56,890 bases of DNA from Syntrophomonadaceae bacterium (lineage in GTDB: Bacteria; Bacillota; Dethiobacteria; DTU022). Positions 10,251 through 18,945 of this stretch are shown piece after piece (the first letter of the stretch is position 1; each line of letters starts with the position of its first letter). The notes beneath the pieces are model-generated. The model made no database searches and was not told where the DNA came from. It saw only the letters and a list, made by a program, of their open reading frames with translations. Made by a program: the position numbers and the translations under genes. The DNA is taken from positions 1-56,890 of the forward strand of contig PWGX01000008.1 in NCBI GenBank assembly GCA_003554615.1. The letters are read 5' to 3'.

Positions 10251-10994
10251 TCAATTCCTTCTTACAGGTTCTAAACTTTTTATCAGGACAGCCAGGTCCT
10301 TTAACTTTCCCCTGTAGGTACTGACGGGTTCTTTGTCAGTACGGTGCAGGAGTAAGTCTTCGACCAGGAAAGTATCTAACCCCGCTTTTGATGCACTGAG
10401 GTCTTCCAGGGTATCATTGCCTGCCATCAGGCACTTTTCTGGAGGACATTTAATAATCCGGGTGATTTCTGTAAAATAAGATGGGTTTGGCTTGCAGAAA
10501 TGCATATTTTCCATGGTGGTTACCAGGTCAAAATCATCCGGGGAGAATCCGCTCCAGGACAGGCGCTGTAAAATAGCGGCAGCCGGAAAAATAGGATTTG
10601 TAGCCAAAACCAGGATCAAGTTTTTTTCCCGGGCATATTCGACAACTGCCCGGGCATGGGGATGTACTTTGCCCCAGCATTGCAAGCTCGGAAAAACGTT
10701 ACGATAAAAGTCATCAACTATAGGTTGGATCTGTTTCTGGTTTTTGCCAATTCTTTTACAGAATTCCTTGTAAAAAATAGTTTCGTTTTTCTTATCCGGA
10801 TCATTGTCTTCGACCATGATCCTTGTTGCCTCAAAGAGATGCCTGATAAAATCATCACGGCTGAGATGGACGATAAATTGTTTGGACAGGGCTTCGAGAT
10901 AGGCCGGTATGAATTTTTCAATATCCAGGTCAAGCAGTGTGCCGTCTAAATCAATCAGCAGGGCTTCGTATTTCCCGGTCCTTCCTGCAGCCAT
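10251..10994 (-). CDS. HAD-superfamily hydrolase
   Basis: DLDGTLL motif I, ATNP, KP, GND...D motif IV. Confidence 0.85.
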   Translation of the reverse strand: MAAGRTGKYEALLIDLDGTLLDLDIEKFIPAYLEALSKQFIVHLSRDDFIRHLFEATRIMVEDNDPDKKNETIFYKEFCKRIGKNQKQIQPIVDDFYRNVFPSLQCWGKVHPHARAVVEYAREKNLILVLATNPIFPAAAILQRLSWSGFSPDDFDLVTTMENMHFCKPNPSYFTEITRIIKCPPEKCLMAGNDTLEDLSASKAGLDTFLVEDLLLHRTDKEPVSTYRGKLKDLAVLIKSLEPVRRN

Positions 10995-11377
10995 TATTCT
11001 TGTTCACCCTGGCTTTCACTTTCAGGAAAGTTCATTAATTCTTCGTCGTATATTTCATTGGTGGCATCGCCGATGATTTTTTGTACATCCTGCAGAAGAA
11101 CTATGGCCTTGTATTCCGCCTGTAAAAAACGTTTTGCTACCATGTTCATATTTACCACTTCCAGCAGTTTTTCCAGCTTTTCCTCCTGCTCTTTGGATAC
11201 TTCAATTCCGGACAGTTTTTGCCTCTGCAGCTCCATCTGTTTACCGCGCAGGTCGAGAATCATTTTTTTTGCTGTTTGATCAGCTTTTAATTCTTGCTGT
11301 GCCTTTTTAAGCTCCTTGAATTCTTCCGATTCTCGTAAAGCCCCTGCCAGTTTGTGAGCAGCGTCGTAAGGATTCAT
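10994..11377 (-). CDS. YlbF/YmcA (com_ylbF) family regulator
   Basis: MNPYDAAHKLAGALRESEEF...FLQAE helical pattern typical of the family. Confidence 0.8.
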   Translation of the reverse strand: MNPYDAAHKLAGALRESEEFKELKKAQQELKADQTAKKMILDLRGKQMELQRQKLSGIEVSKEQEEKLEKLLEVVNMNMVAKRFLQAEYKAIVLLQDVQKIIGDATNEIYDEELMNFPESESQGEQE

Positions 11378-11476
11378 AACTTTTATTTCTCCTTTGGAAG
11401 TTTAGGATTTTTATTTAACAGCCGGGTCAGTAATACACAGTCCGTTAATTGTTTACATATATAAATAAGGGAATTT

Positions 11477-12526
11477 TTATGCGGGAGCGGTAAATTTTTG
11501 GACTATCACAGCCATAACCTGGTCCGCTGCTTGATTCAGATCTGTAGCGTCTATTGTTTCTGTAAACCTGGAAGCCCCCGGCCTGGAGTCACTGTAAAAG
11601 TGATCGTAATAATCCCTGCATAATAATTCTGCAACAGTGTAATAATTTCCTTTTTTGATCATAGCTGTCAGCATCTCTGTTTTTCTTTTTCCCAAACGCC
11701 GTTCCAGAGATTTTAACGAGGATTCAAGCTGCCTTTGTATTTCATCACCCAGAGCAGCTTTGACATATGTATCAACAATGCGCTTTACCCTGACTTCAAA
11801 CGGGGCGGTCAAAAGGATATGCTCTCCCTGTTTCATCGCTTCCACGAAAAAGTGGGGGAGATAGATGTTGCCGATCCTTTGCCCTTCTCCCTCGGTAACC
11901 AGGTAGAGTTCGCTCCGGGCTTGATCGAGCTGTTCCAGCAGGAGGGCATCAAAATCTTTCTGGGACCGGGGTTTGTCAAAACCAACCGCCCCAAAAACGG
12001 ATCCGCGGTGCCTGGCCAGCCCTTCCAGATCTATGACCGGCACACCGCACTGTTCCAGTTTTTTTAAAACCAACGTTTTTCCTACACCCGTCAGGCCGTT
12101 CAGGACGTACAGCTTGCTTTTTAGGTTATAACCCCGGAGGCGTTCATTTACGTAACGTCGGTAAGCTTTATAGCCGTTTTTGAGCCTGTAAACCGGCACC
12201 CCGACCAGCGATAAGACCTGGTCCAGGCTCAAGCTGCGCATACCGCCCCTTTTGCAATAAAGGAGGGGCTTTTTGCTGCCGCTTGCCTTTGTTATGCTTT
12301 TGACCAGGGCCGGCAGCCTGGGGGCCACCATATCCAGGGCCGCTCTCCTGGCTTCATGTTCACCCATCTGGTAAAAAATGATGCTTAACTGGTAATACTC
12401 CCTGTCATCAAAAAGAGGAATGTTGACTGCCCCGGGTATTGAAGCTTCATAGTATTCGCCGGGTGAGCGGACGTCGATAAACAGCACATTATTTTGTTCC
12501 AGGGCTTCCCGGATATCTATTTCCAT
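11477..12526 (-). CDS. selU: tRNA 2-selenouridine synthase
   Basis: Rhodanese domain DVRSPGEY / YCKRGGMRS plus P-loop GLTGVGKT and DLEGLARHRGSVFG. Confidence 0.93.
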   Translation of the reverse strand: MEIDIREALEQNNVLFIDVRSPGEYYEASIPGAVNIPLFDDREYYQLSIIFYQMGEHEARRAALDMVAPRLPALVKSITKASGSKKPLLYCKRGGMRSLSLDQVLSLVGVPVYRLKNGYKAYRRYVNERLRGYNLKSKLYVLNGLTGVGKTLVLKKLEQCGVPVIDLEGLARHRGSVFGAVGFDKPRSQKDFDALLLEQLDQARSELYLVTEGEGQRIGNIYLPHFFVEAMKQGEHILLTAPFEVRVKRIVDTYVKAALGDEIQRQLESSLKSLERRLGKRKTEMLTAMIKKGNYYTVAELLCRDYYDHFYSDSRPGASRFTETIDATDLNQAADQVMAVIVQKFTAPA

Positions 12527-12920
12527 AATCTCTTCCCCCGAATACCAGCAGTTTTTTGTCTTATTTTATGCAGTAGATTTTGTTTCCTGATCCCGTTGCA
12601 ATTAAGTTCGGCCTGATCATTGATTAAGTATGGCTTAAATACATAATAGCATAGAACCGGGGTTAACAAAATGATTGCAGCTTCTGCCTGCAGTCAACTT
12701 ACAGGTAATTATCCGGGGCAAATAAAAAGAATTATTCTAAGGTATTAAGCGGATTGAGTAGGGATTATCTATCTACCAGCCATTATTACAAAAATTTTTT
12801 GCCGGAAAAAGGTAATAAAGGATCATTTAGCGAACTAATCACTATCATAGCTCGATCAAGGGGCTGTTTGCTTCTCAAGGCAATAGGGCTGTGTTATAAT
12901 AGCGGTCAGGAGGAATCAGT

Positions 12921-13283
12921 ATGTCGGCAGAATGCGTTTTTTGCAAGATCATTAACCGGGAGCTGGATGCAGATATTGTTTATGATGACGAAAAAACGGT
13001 TGCTTTTAAGGATATCAACCCCGCTGCTCCCGTCCATATCCTGGTAGTCCCGCGCAAGCATATTCCCACCCTTCTGGATATGGAAAAAGATGACGAGGGC
13101 CTGATTGGCCATTTACACTCAGTTGCAAATGAAATTGCCAAAGCTTTTAAGATCGATAAGAAAGGATACCGGATTGTGCTCAACTGCGGTGCTGATGCTG
13201 GACAAATTGTTTTTCATCTCCACCTCCACCTCCTGGGAGGAAGACCTTTGCTGCAGACCATAGCCAAGGGCAGGGGTGTTTAA
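12921..13283 (+). CDS. HIT family (histidine triad) nucleotide-binding protein
   Basis: CVFCKI, DINPAAPVHILVVP, HLHLHLLGG. Confidence 0.93.
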   Translation: MSAECVFCKIINRELDADIVYDDEKTVAFKDINPAAPVHILVVPRKHIPTLLDMEKDDEGLIGHLHSVANEIAKAFKIDKKGYRIVLNCGADAGQIVFHLHLHLLGGRPLLQTIAKGRGV

Positions 13284-13337
13284 ACTCAATGAATTACAGT
13301 CCCTGGGTATTGGTTTTAAGGAGAGGGGGGAAGAGTT

Positions 13338-13511
13338 ATGGCAGAAATAAAAATTGGCAAAAACGAGACCTTAGATAAAGCTTTGAAGAGGTTTAAGAAA
13401 CAATGTGCCCGCGCCGGGGTTATCTCTGAAGCCCGCCGGAGGGAGCATTATGAAAAGCCTAGTGTGCGCCGGAAAAAGAAAGCCGATGCTGCACGGAAAA
13501 GGCGCCGTTAA
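13338..13511 (+). CDS. rpsU: 30S ribosomal protein S21
   Basis: Not in the ORF track (57 aa). [57 protein letters not shown]. Confidence 0.96.
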   Translation: MAEIKIGKNETLDKALKRFKKQCARAGVISEARRREHYEKPSVRRKKKADAARKRRR

Positions 13512-13530
13512 TAAACAGGGAGGCAGTTGT

Positions 13531-13983
13531 ATGGCGGAAAAATCTCTATCAGAAAAGCTTGTAGAAGATCAAAAAGAAGCCCAAAAAGCCAAGGATAGGT
13601 TCCGTTTATCGGTAATCCGAATGCTCCGGTCAGAATTGCAAAACAGCACTATTGCCAAGAATGCTCCGCTTGATGCCGAAGAAGAACTGACAGCTCTGAC
13701 GAGGGAAGTAAAAAAACGCCAGGAATCCTTGGGCGATTATCAAAAAGCCAACCGCCAGGAGCTGCTTGATGACCTGGAACGTGAAATAGAAATTCTTAAA
13801 GAATATATGCCCGAACAGCTTTCTGAAGAAGAACTGGAAAGTATGGTTCGGGACGCAATCTCTGAAACCGGGGCTGAAACAAAGCGGGACATGGGCAAGG
13901 TAATGGGTCTGCTGATGCCTCGTGTTAAAGGCAAAGCCGAAGGCAATGTCGTTCGCCGGATGGTTGAAGAAAAACTGCAATAA
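13531..13983 (+). CDS. yqeY: GatB/YqeY domain protein
   Basis: LSVIRMLRS, REVKKRQES, EIEILKEYMPEQLS, DMGKVMG; ATG 13531 after GGAGG. Confidence 0.92.
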   Translation: MAEKSLSEKLVEDQKEAQKAKDRFRLSVIRMLRSELQNSTIAKNAPLDAEEELTALTREVKKRQESLGDYQKANRQELLDDLEREIEILKEYMPEQLSEEELESMVRDAISETGAETKRDMGKVMGLLMPRVKGKAEGNVVRRMVEEKLQ

Positions 13984-13988
13984 CTGAA

Positions 13989-14021
13989 ATAAAGGCCCGG
14001 CTTTTTAAGCCGGGCCTTTAT
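13989..14021. terminator. hairpin after yqeY (terminator-like)
   Basis: Perfect 15-bp inverted repeat ATAAAGGCCCGGCTT-ttt-AAGCCGGGCCTTTAT. Confidence 0.7.
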
Positions 14022-14037
14022 GTCTGGAGGACGGGTT

Positions 14038-15375
14038 GTGTCGGTAATAAAAAGAACTTTTTTATGGCTGGCTTGTCTGTTCTGCGGACTGCTTATTTTT
14101 ATGCCTTTTGGCAGCGGAGCAGCCGATAATAACACGGTAGTGGTTATTGAAATTAAGGGGACGATCAATCCGGGTACCACGAGCTATGTTGCTTATGCCT
14201 TCGAAGAGGCACTGAACATGGAAGCAGAAGCAGTGATCCTGGAACTTGATACTCCCGGCGGCTTTATCCACTCTGCCGAAGCAATCAGGCGAATCATGGA
14301 CGATCATGATCTACCGGTTTATGCTTTTGTCCGCCCCAATGCCATATCGGCGGGAGCATACCTGGCCCTGGCCGCCGATGAGATTTATATGGTCCCGGGC
14401 AGCACAATTGGCGCCGCCGAACCCAGCTACCTGGGAGTAGGTGAAGTTGATGAAAAGATGCTATCTGTCTGGGAAAAAGAGATGGCCGGGGTGGCCGAGC
14501 GCAGGGGCAGGGATCCGCTAATCGCTTCGGCCATGGTCCGCAGGGATATCGCCGTTGAAGGCCTGGTTGAGGAGGGTGTTTTGCTGACCCTGACTGCCGG
14601 AGAAGCCCTGGAAGTAGGGTACAGCGAAGGTACTGTAAATGACCATGCTTCATTGTTAACAGCAGTTGGCCTTGAAGAGGCCGAATGGCGCCCGGTTGAG
14701 CAGCGGGCTGTCGACGGTCTGGTAAGCTGGACGACCAATCCCGTGGTGGGTACTATTTTGCTGATGATCGGGTTGGGCGGATTGGCCCTGGAGGTTATAA
14801 CGGCCGGTTTTGGCGCCGCCGGGGCCATCAGCCTTGGTGCCTTTGCCCTTTATTTTGGGGGCAATATTGCTGCCGGGATGGCCGAGTACTGGGTTTTGAT
14901 CCTGTTCGCTTTCGGGATTGGATTGATGTTAATAGAGGCGGTGATGCCCGGATTTGGGGTTTTTGGCGTCGCCGGTTTAATTGCTACCATTTTTTCCATA
15001 GTGCTGGCGGCGGTCTCGGTTCAGACCGGGATGGTAATGCTGTTAATCTCAATAGTACTGGCTGCAGTTTTTTCCATCATTGCTTTCCGCTTTTTTGCTC
15101 GCCGGGGAGCCCTGCGCCATATTATTTTGTTTGAAGAAGAGACGTCCGACCTGGGTTATGTGGCCCCTCCCGACCAAAAAGATTTATCCGGAAGGACGGG
15201 GGTGGCCGTTACTTCGCTGCGTCCTTCCGGCGCGGCGGAAATTGATGGCAAACGAATTGATGTGGTCAGCGACGGCTCCTACATTGCCAAAGGGGAACCG
15301 GTTCGGGTTGACCGGGTTGAGGGTGTGCGGGTTATCGTTCGCAGCATCAAAGAGGATAAAGATGAGGGTGAGTAA
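14038..15375 (+). CDS. long NfeD family membrane-bound serine protease (YqeZ-like)
   Basis: Signal peptide, LDTPGG, AISAGAYLALA ClpP-like domain, TM block, C-terminal LRPSG...RIDVVS OB domain; precedes floA; GTG 14038 after GGAGG. Confidence 0.9.
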   Translation: MSVIKRTFLWLACLFCGLLIFMPFGSGAADNNTVVVIEIKGTINPGTTSYVAYAFEEALNMEAEAVILELDTPGGFIHSAEAIRRIMDDHDLPVYAFVRPNAISAGAYLALAADEIYMVPGSTIGAAEPSYLGVGEVDEKMLSVWEKEMAGVAERRGRDPLIASAMVRRDIAVEGLVEEGVLLTLTAGEALEVGYSEGTVNDHASLLTAVGLEEAEWRPVEQRAVDGLVSWTTNPVVGTILLMIGLGGLALEVITAGFGAAGAISLGAFALYFGGNIAAGMAEYWVLILFAFGIGLMLIEAVMPGFGVFGVAGLIATIFSIVLAAVSVQTGMVMLLISIVLAAVFSIIAFRFFARRGALRHIILFEEETSDLGYVAPPDQKDLSGRTGVAVTSLRPSGAAEIDGKRIDVVSDGSYIAKGEPVRVDRVEGVRVIVRSIKEDKDEGE

Positions 15376-15426
15376 AATTGAGGTTTGAATGGCGATTCAG
15401 AAAACCAGAAGCAGGAGGTTTGTTCG

Positions 15427-16422
15427 ATGATTGAAGGTTTAATTCCCCTGCTTGCGCTTATAATCGTTGTTGTAATATTTGTTGCAATTATTTTTAGTTT
15501 TATTCCCCTGGGCCTGTGGATTTCCGCCCTTGCCGCCCGGGTGCCTGTGGGAATTTTTTCACTGATTGGGATGCGGCTGCGCCGGGTAATCCCGGTCAAA
15601 ATTGTAGCCCCGTTGATTAAAGCCACCAAGGCCGGGCTTGACCTGAGCGTTAATAAACTTGAAGGGCACTTCCTGGCCGGGGGCAATGTCGACCGGGTTG
15701 TCAATGCCCTTATTGCCGCCCAGCGCGCCGAAATACCCCTGCAGTTTGAAAGGGCTGCCGCTATTGACCTGGCCGGGCGCGATGTCCTGGAAGCGGTTCA
15801 AATGAGTGTCAACCCCAAGGTCATTGAAACCCCTGTGGTAGCTGCTGTGGCCAAAGACGGGATTGAAGTCAAGGCCCGGGCCAAGGTTACAGTAAGGGCC
15901 AACATTGATCGCCTGGTCGGCGGGGCCGGTGAAGAAACCATCATTGCCAGGGTTGGCGAAGGTATTGTTACCACCATCGGTTCTTCGGACAACCACAAGG
16001 TGGTTTTGGAAAACCCGGATAAAATATCCAATACGGTATTGGAAAAAGGACTGGATTCGGGAACTGCTTATGAAATATTATCGATTGACGTAGCCGATGT
16101 CGATGTGGGCAAAAATATCGGGGCCCAACTCCAAACAGACCAGGCTGAAGCCGACAAGCGTATTGCCCAGGCCAAGGCTGAAGAGCGTCGGGCCATGGCT
16201 GTGGCCAAAGAACAGGAAATGATTGCCTCCGTCCAGGAAATGAGGGCCAAAGTTACCGAAGCAGAAGCAGAAGTGCCAAAGGCCCTTTCCCAGGCTTTGC
16301 GGGAAGGAAACATGGGAGTAATGGATTATTACCAGCTGAAAAATGTAATGGCTGATACCGATATGAGAGAAAGCATCGGTAAAATGGGCCAGGAAGATCA
16401 GGAAGAAGACAATAATAATTAA
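15427..16422 (+). CDS. floA: flotillin-like protein FloA (YqfA)
   Basis: [41 protein letters not shown]; ATG 15427 after AGGAGG. Confidence 0.95.
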   Translation: MIEGLIPLLALIIVVVIFVAIIFSFIPLGLWISALAARVPVGIFSLIGMRLRRVIPVKIVAPLIKATKAGLDLSVNKLEGHFLAGGNVDRVVNALIAAQRAEIPLQFERAAAIDLAGRDVLEAVQMSVNPKVIETPVVAAVAKDGIEVKARAKVTVRANIDRLVGGAGEETIIARVGEGIVTTIGSSDNHKVVLENPDKISNTVLEKGLDSGTAYEILSIDVADVDVGKNIGAQLQTDQAEADKRIAQAKAEERRAMAVAKEQEMIASVQEMRAKVTEAEAEVPKALSQALREGNMGVMDYYQLKNVMADTDMRESIGKMGQEDQEEDNNN

Positions 16423-16439
16423 AAGCAGGAGGCTTTCCA

Positions 16440-16928
16440 ATGGAAGGGATTATTACTTTTATTGTAATAATTATTATATTTAACCTGCTGAACCGGCTGG
16501 CAGGCGCTGCTAAAAGAAAGCAGCAACCTGTTTCCCGGAGGAGGACATATGATCAGTCCCGCCCGCTGCCCGAAAGGCCTGTTGAAAGAAAGGAAGAGGA
16601 GCCCCGCTATTTTCGATCCGCCAGGCCGGAAGATTTATTTGCCGGGTTAGAAGAAGATGACGAAAATGAAGAAGATGAAGAAGATGATGAAAGCGGCTAC
16701 GAAGTGGATCGGCAAGAGGAATGGCAGGCTGAAACCGGGACTGAAGAAGCTCTTATCAAGAAGAGAAGGGCAGAAAAAAGCGCTCCAACGGCCCTTTCTT
16801 CCAATAAGCTGGGGCAGTTGTTAAGCGATAAGGATTCTTTGGTGGCAGCCTTTATTTTCCACGAAGCCATATCGGGGCCACCGGCCCTGCGCAGAAAAGG
16901 GAAGACCGTTTTCAGCCGGCTGAGATAA
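16440..16928 (+). CDS. YqfB-like membrane-anchored protein
   Basis: N-terminal TM, acidic low-complexity middle, C-terminal A.I..E..GPP.A.R motif; position after floA. Confidence 0.6.
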   Translation: MEGIITFIVIIIIFNLLNRLAGAAKRKQQPVSRRRTYDQSRPLPERPVERKEEEPRYFRSARPEDLFAGLEEDDENEEDEEDDESGYEVDRQEEWQAETGTEEALIKKRRAEKSAPTALSSNKLGQLLSDKDSLVAAFIFHEAISGPPALRRKGKTVFSRLR

Positions 16929-16939
16929 GCGGGGAGGGT

Positions 16940-17851
16940 ATGATAATGTCCGGTAAAAAGTGCTGGGAAGGTATAAAAACTGGTGCTCCGGGGAACAGCG
17001 ATATCTTAATTATGGGAGTGCCTTTTGACGGGGCTGTTAGCGGTGCCCGGGGGGCAGCTGAGGCCCCTGGCAGGTTGAGAGAACTCTCCAAAAGTGCTAC
17101 GCCTTTGTCTGAAGAAGGAGTGGACCTGCGCAATTTGGTTATTTATGACCGGGACAATGTTCAGTTTAACCATGATTGGGCCGGCTATTTTATGGAGGTT
17201 GAAAAGCAAGCTTCAAACCTGCTTCAAACCGGCGGGTTACCCCTGTTCCTGGGCGGCGATCATTCAGTTACCATTCCCCTGGCCGGGGCTTTTGCCAGGT
17301 ATTATTACCCAAAGCCGGTAGGAATGGTCCATCTCGATGCCCACAGTGACCTGATGGATATCTACCAGGGTGAAAAATGGTCTCATGCGTGCCCTCAAAG
17401 GCGCTTTCTTGAACAGGATAATGTGAGCCCTGAAAATATGTTTTTAGTGGGGATCAGGGAATTTGAGCTTGAAGAGATAGAATTTATAAAGGATAATCCG
17501 GGCCTGGGCCTGGTAACTGCCCGCCGCTATTACCGGGAAGGACATAAGGCGATACTGGAGGAAATGGTCTCAAAATTAAAAAGCCTGGAAGCAATTTATC
17601 TTTCCATTGACATAGATATCCTTGATCCCGCTTATGCCCCGGGAACGGGTACTCCCCAGGCCGGGGGTGTTTCAACCAGGGAATTAATCGAGCTGGTGCG
17701 GGGTACGATGACCGGGCTGCCGGTCAAAACAATCGATCTTGTTGAAGTGGCTCCGCCGATTGACCCCTCCGATATTACTTCCAGGGCCGCCTTAAAAGTG
17801 ATCTACGAAATTTTTGCCGCTGTCGTTTCCTCAAAGGAACAAAATAATTAA
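16940..17851 (+). CDS. speB: agmatinase (ureohydrolase family)
   Basis: GGDHS, HLDAHSD, SHAC, DIDILDPAYAPGTGTP. Confidence 0.85.
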   Translation: MIMSGKKCWEGIKTGAPGNSDILIMGVPFDGAVSGARGAAEAPGRLRELSKSATPLSEEGVDLRNLVIYDRDNVQFNHDWAGYFMEVEKQASNLLQTGGLPLFLGGDHSVTIPLAGAFARYYYPKPVGMVHLDAHSDLMDIYQGEKWSHACPQRRFLEQDNVSPENMFLVGIREFELEEIEFIKDNPGLGLVTARRYYREGHKAILEEMVSKLKSLEAIYLSIDIDILDPAYAPGTGTPQAGGVSTRELIELVRGTMTGLPVKTIDLVEVAPPIDPSDITSRAALKVIYEIFAAVVSSKEQNN

Positions 17852-17940
17852 ACCCGCACCCGGCAATTTTCCAACTATCTAAGTTTAACAACAAGTGTTA
17901 AAATAGAATCTGCAAAGAATAGAAAGGAGAATGCTGCTTA

Positions 17941-18945
17941 TTGGCAGATAGTATTACGAGCAGGACCATAACGCTTGCCAGCGGAGATGAAGCGGTTCAG
18001 CTGCTGGGAAAACAGGATCGTCATTTCAGCCTGATCGAAGATAAGTTTGATGTTCGCCTGATCCCAAAAGGCCATGAATTAGTGATCGAAGGCAATTCTG
18101 AAGATGTGGAAGCGCTTTATGCCATGCTCCAGGAACTGCTTGCCCATATTCGTAAAGGCCATATGCTGAGCGGGCGGGAATTTGAATATGCCCTTAAACT
18201 TACCGCGCAGGGGGATGTTGGCTCGATCCGCTCCTTGTTCAGCGATTTAATCCTGGTGACGCCACGCGGCAAGCAGATCAGGCCGAAAACAATTGGCCAA
18301 AAAAAATACCTGGAAGCAATCCGTTCGCATGATATCGTTTTGTCAATTGGACCGGCCGGGACAGGCAAAACTTATCTGGCCCTGGCCATGGCGGTTGATG
18401 CCCTTAAGAGCAAGCAGGTGCAGCGCTTAATCCTGACCCGTCCCGCAGTGGAGGCGGGTGAGCATCTCGGCTTTTTGCCGGGCGACTTTCAGGAAAAAGT
18501 GGATCCGTACCTGCGGCCTATTTATGATGGGTTGTATGATCTTTTAGGAGTGGATGTTTTCCAAAAATACAGGGAAAAAGGAATTATTGAAATTGCCCCC
18601 CTGGCATACATGCGTGGACGGACCCTGGATGATTCATTTGTCATTCTTGATGAAGGCCAGAATGCCACTTCCGAACAAATGAAAATGCTTTTAACCAGGC
18701 TTGGTTTTGGCTCCAAGGCGGTGGTCACCGGGGACGTAACCCAGGTTGATCTGCCCGGCGGCAGATATTCGGGTTTAGAAGAAGCTTCCCGTATTTTGTC
18801 AGGCATCGAAGGGATTGCCCTTATATATCTCAGTGAAAAAGATGTAGTCCGACACCCCCTGGTTCAAAGCATCATCAAAGCCTACGAAGCATACAAGGGC
18901 TCAAAGGAAAGGGGTAGCAATGAAAAAGAAAACAAGGCTCAGTGA
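17941..18945 (+). CDS. phoH: PhoH family ATPase
   Basis: GPAGTGKT, RPAVEAGEHLGFLPGD, LAYMRGRTL, VVRHPLV. Confidence 0.95.
   Translation: MADSITSRTITLASGDEAVQLLGKQDRHFSLIEDKFDVRLIPKGHELVIEGNSEDVEALYAMLQELLAHIRKGHMLSGREFEYALKLTAQGDVGSIRSLFSDLILVTPRGKQIRPKTIGQKKYLEAIRSHDIVLSIGPAGTGKTYLALAMAVDALKSKQVQRLILTRPAVEAGEHLGFLPGDFQEKVDPYLRPIYDGLYDLLGVDVFQKYREKGIIEIAPLAYMRGRTLDDSFVILDEGQNATSEQMKMLLTRLGFGSKAVVTGDVTQVDLPGGRYSGLEEASRILSGIEGIALIYLSEKDVVRHPLVQSIIKAYEAYKGSKERGSNEKENKAQ

Noticed and set aside
12754-13047. 97-aa ORF overlapping hit
   Set aside because: Out-of-frame overlap with a well-supported gene and crosses its promoter region; no motifs
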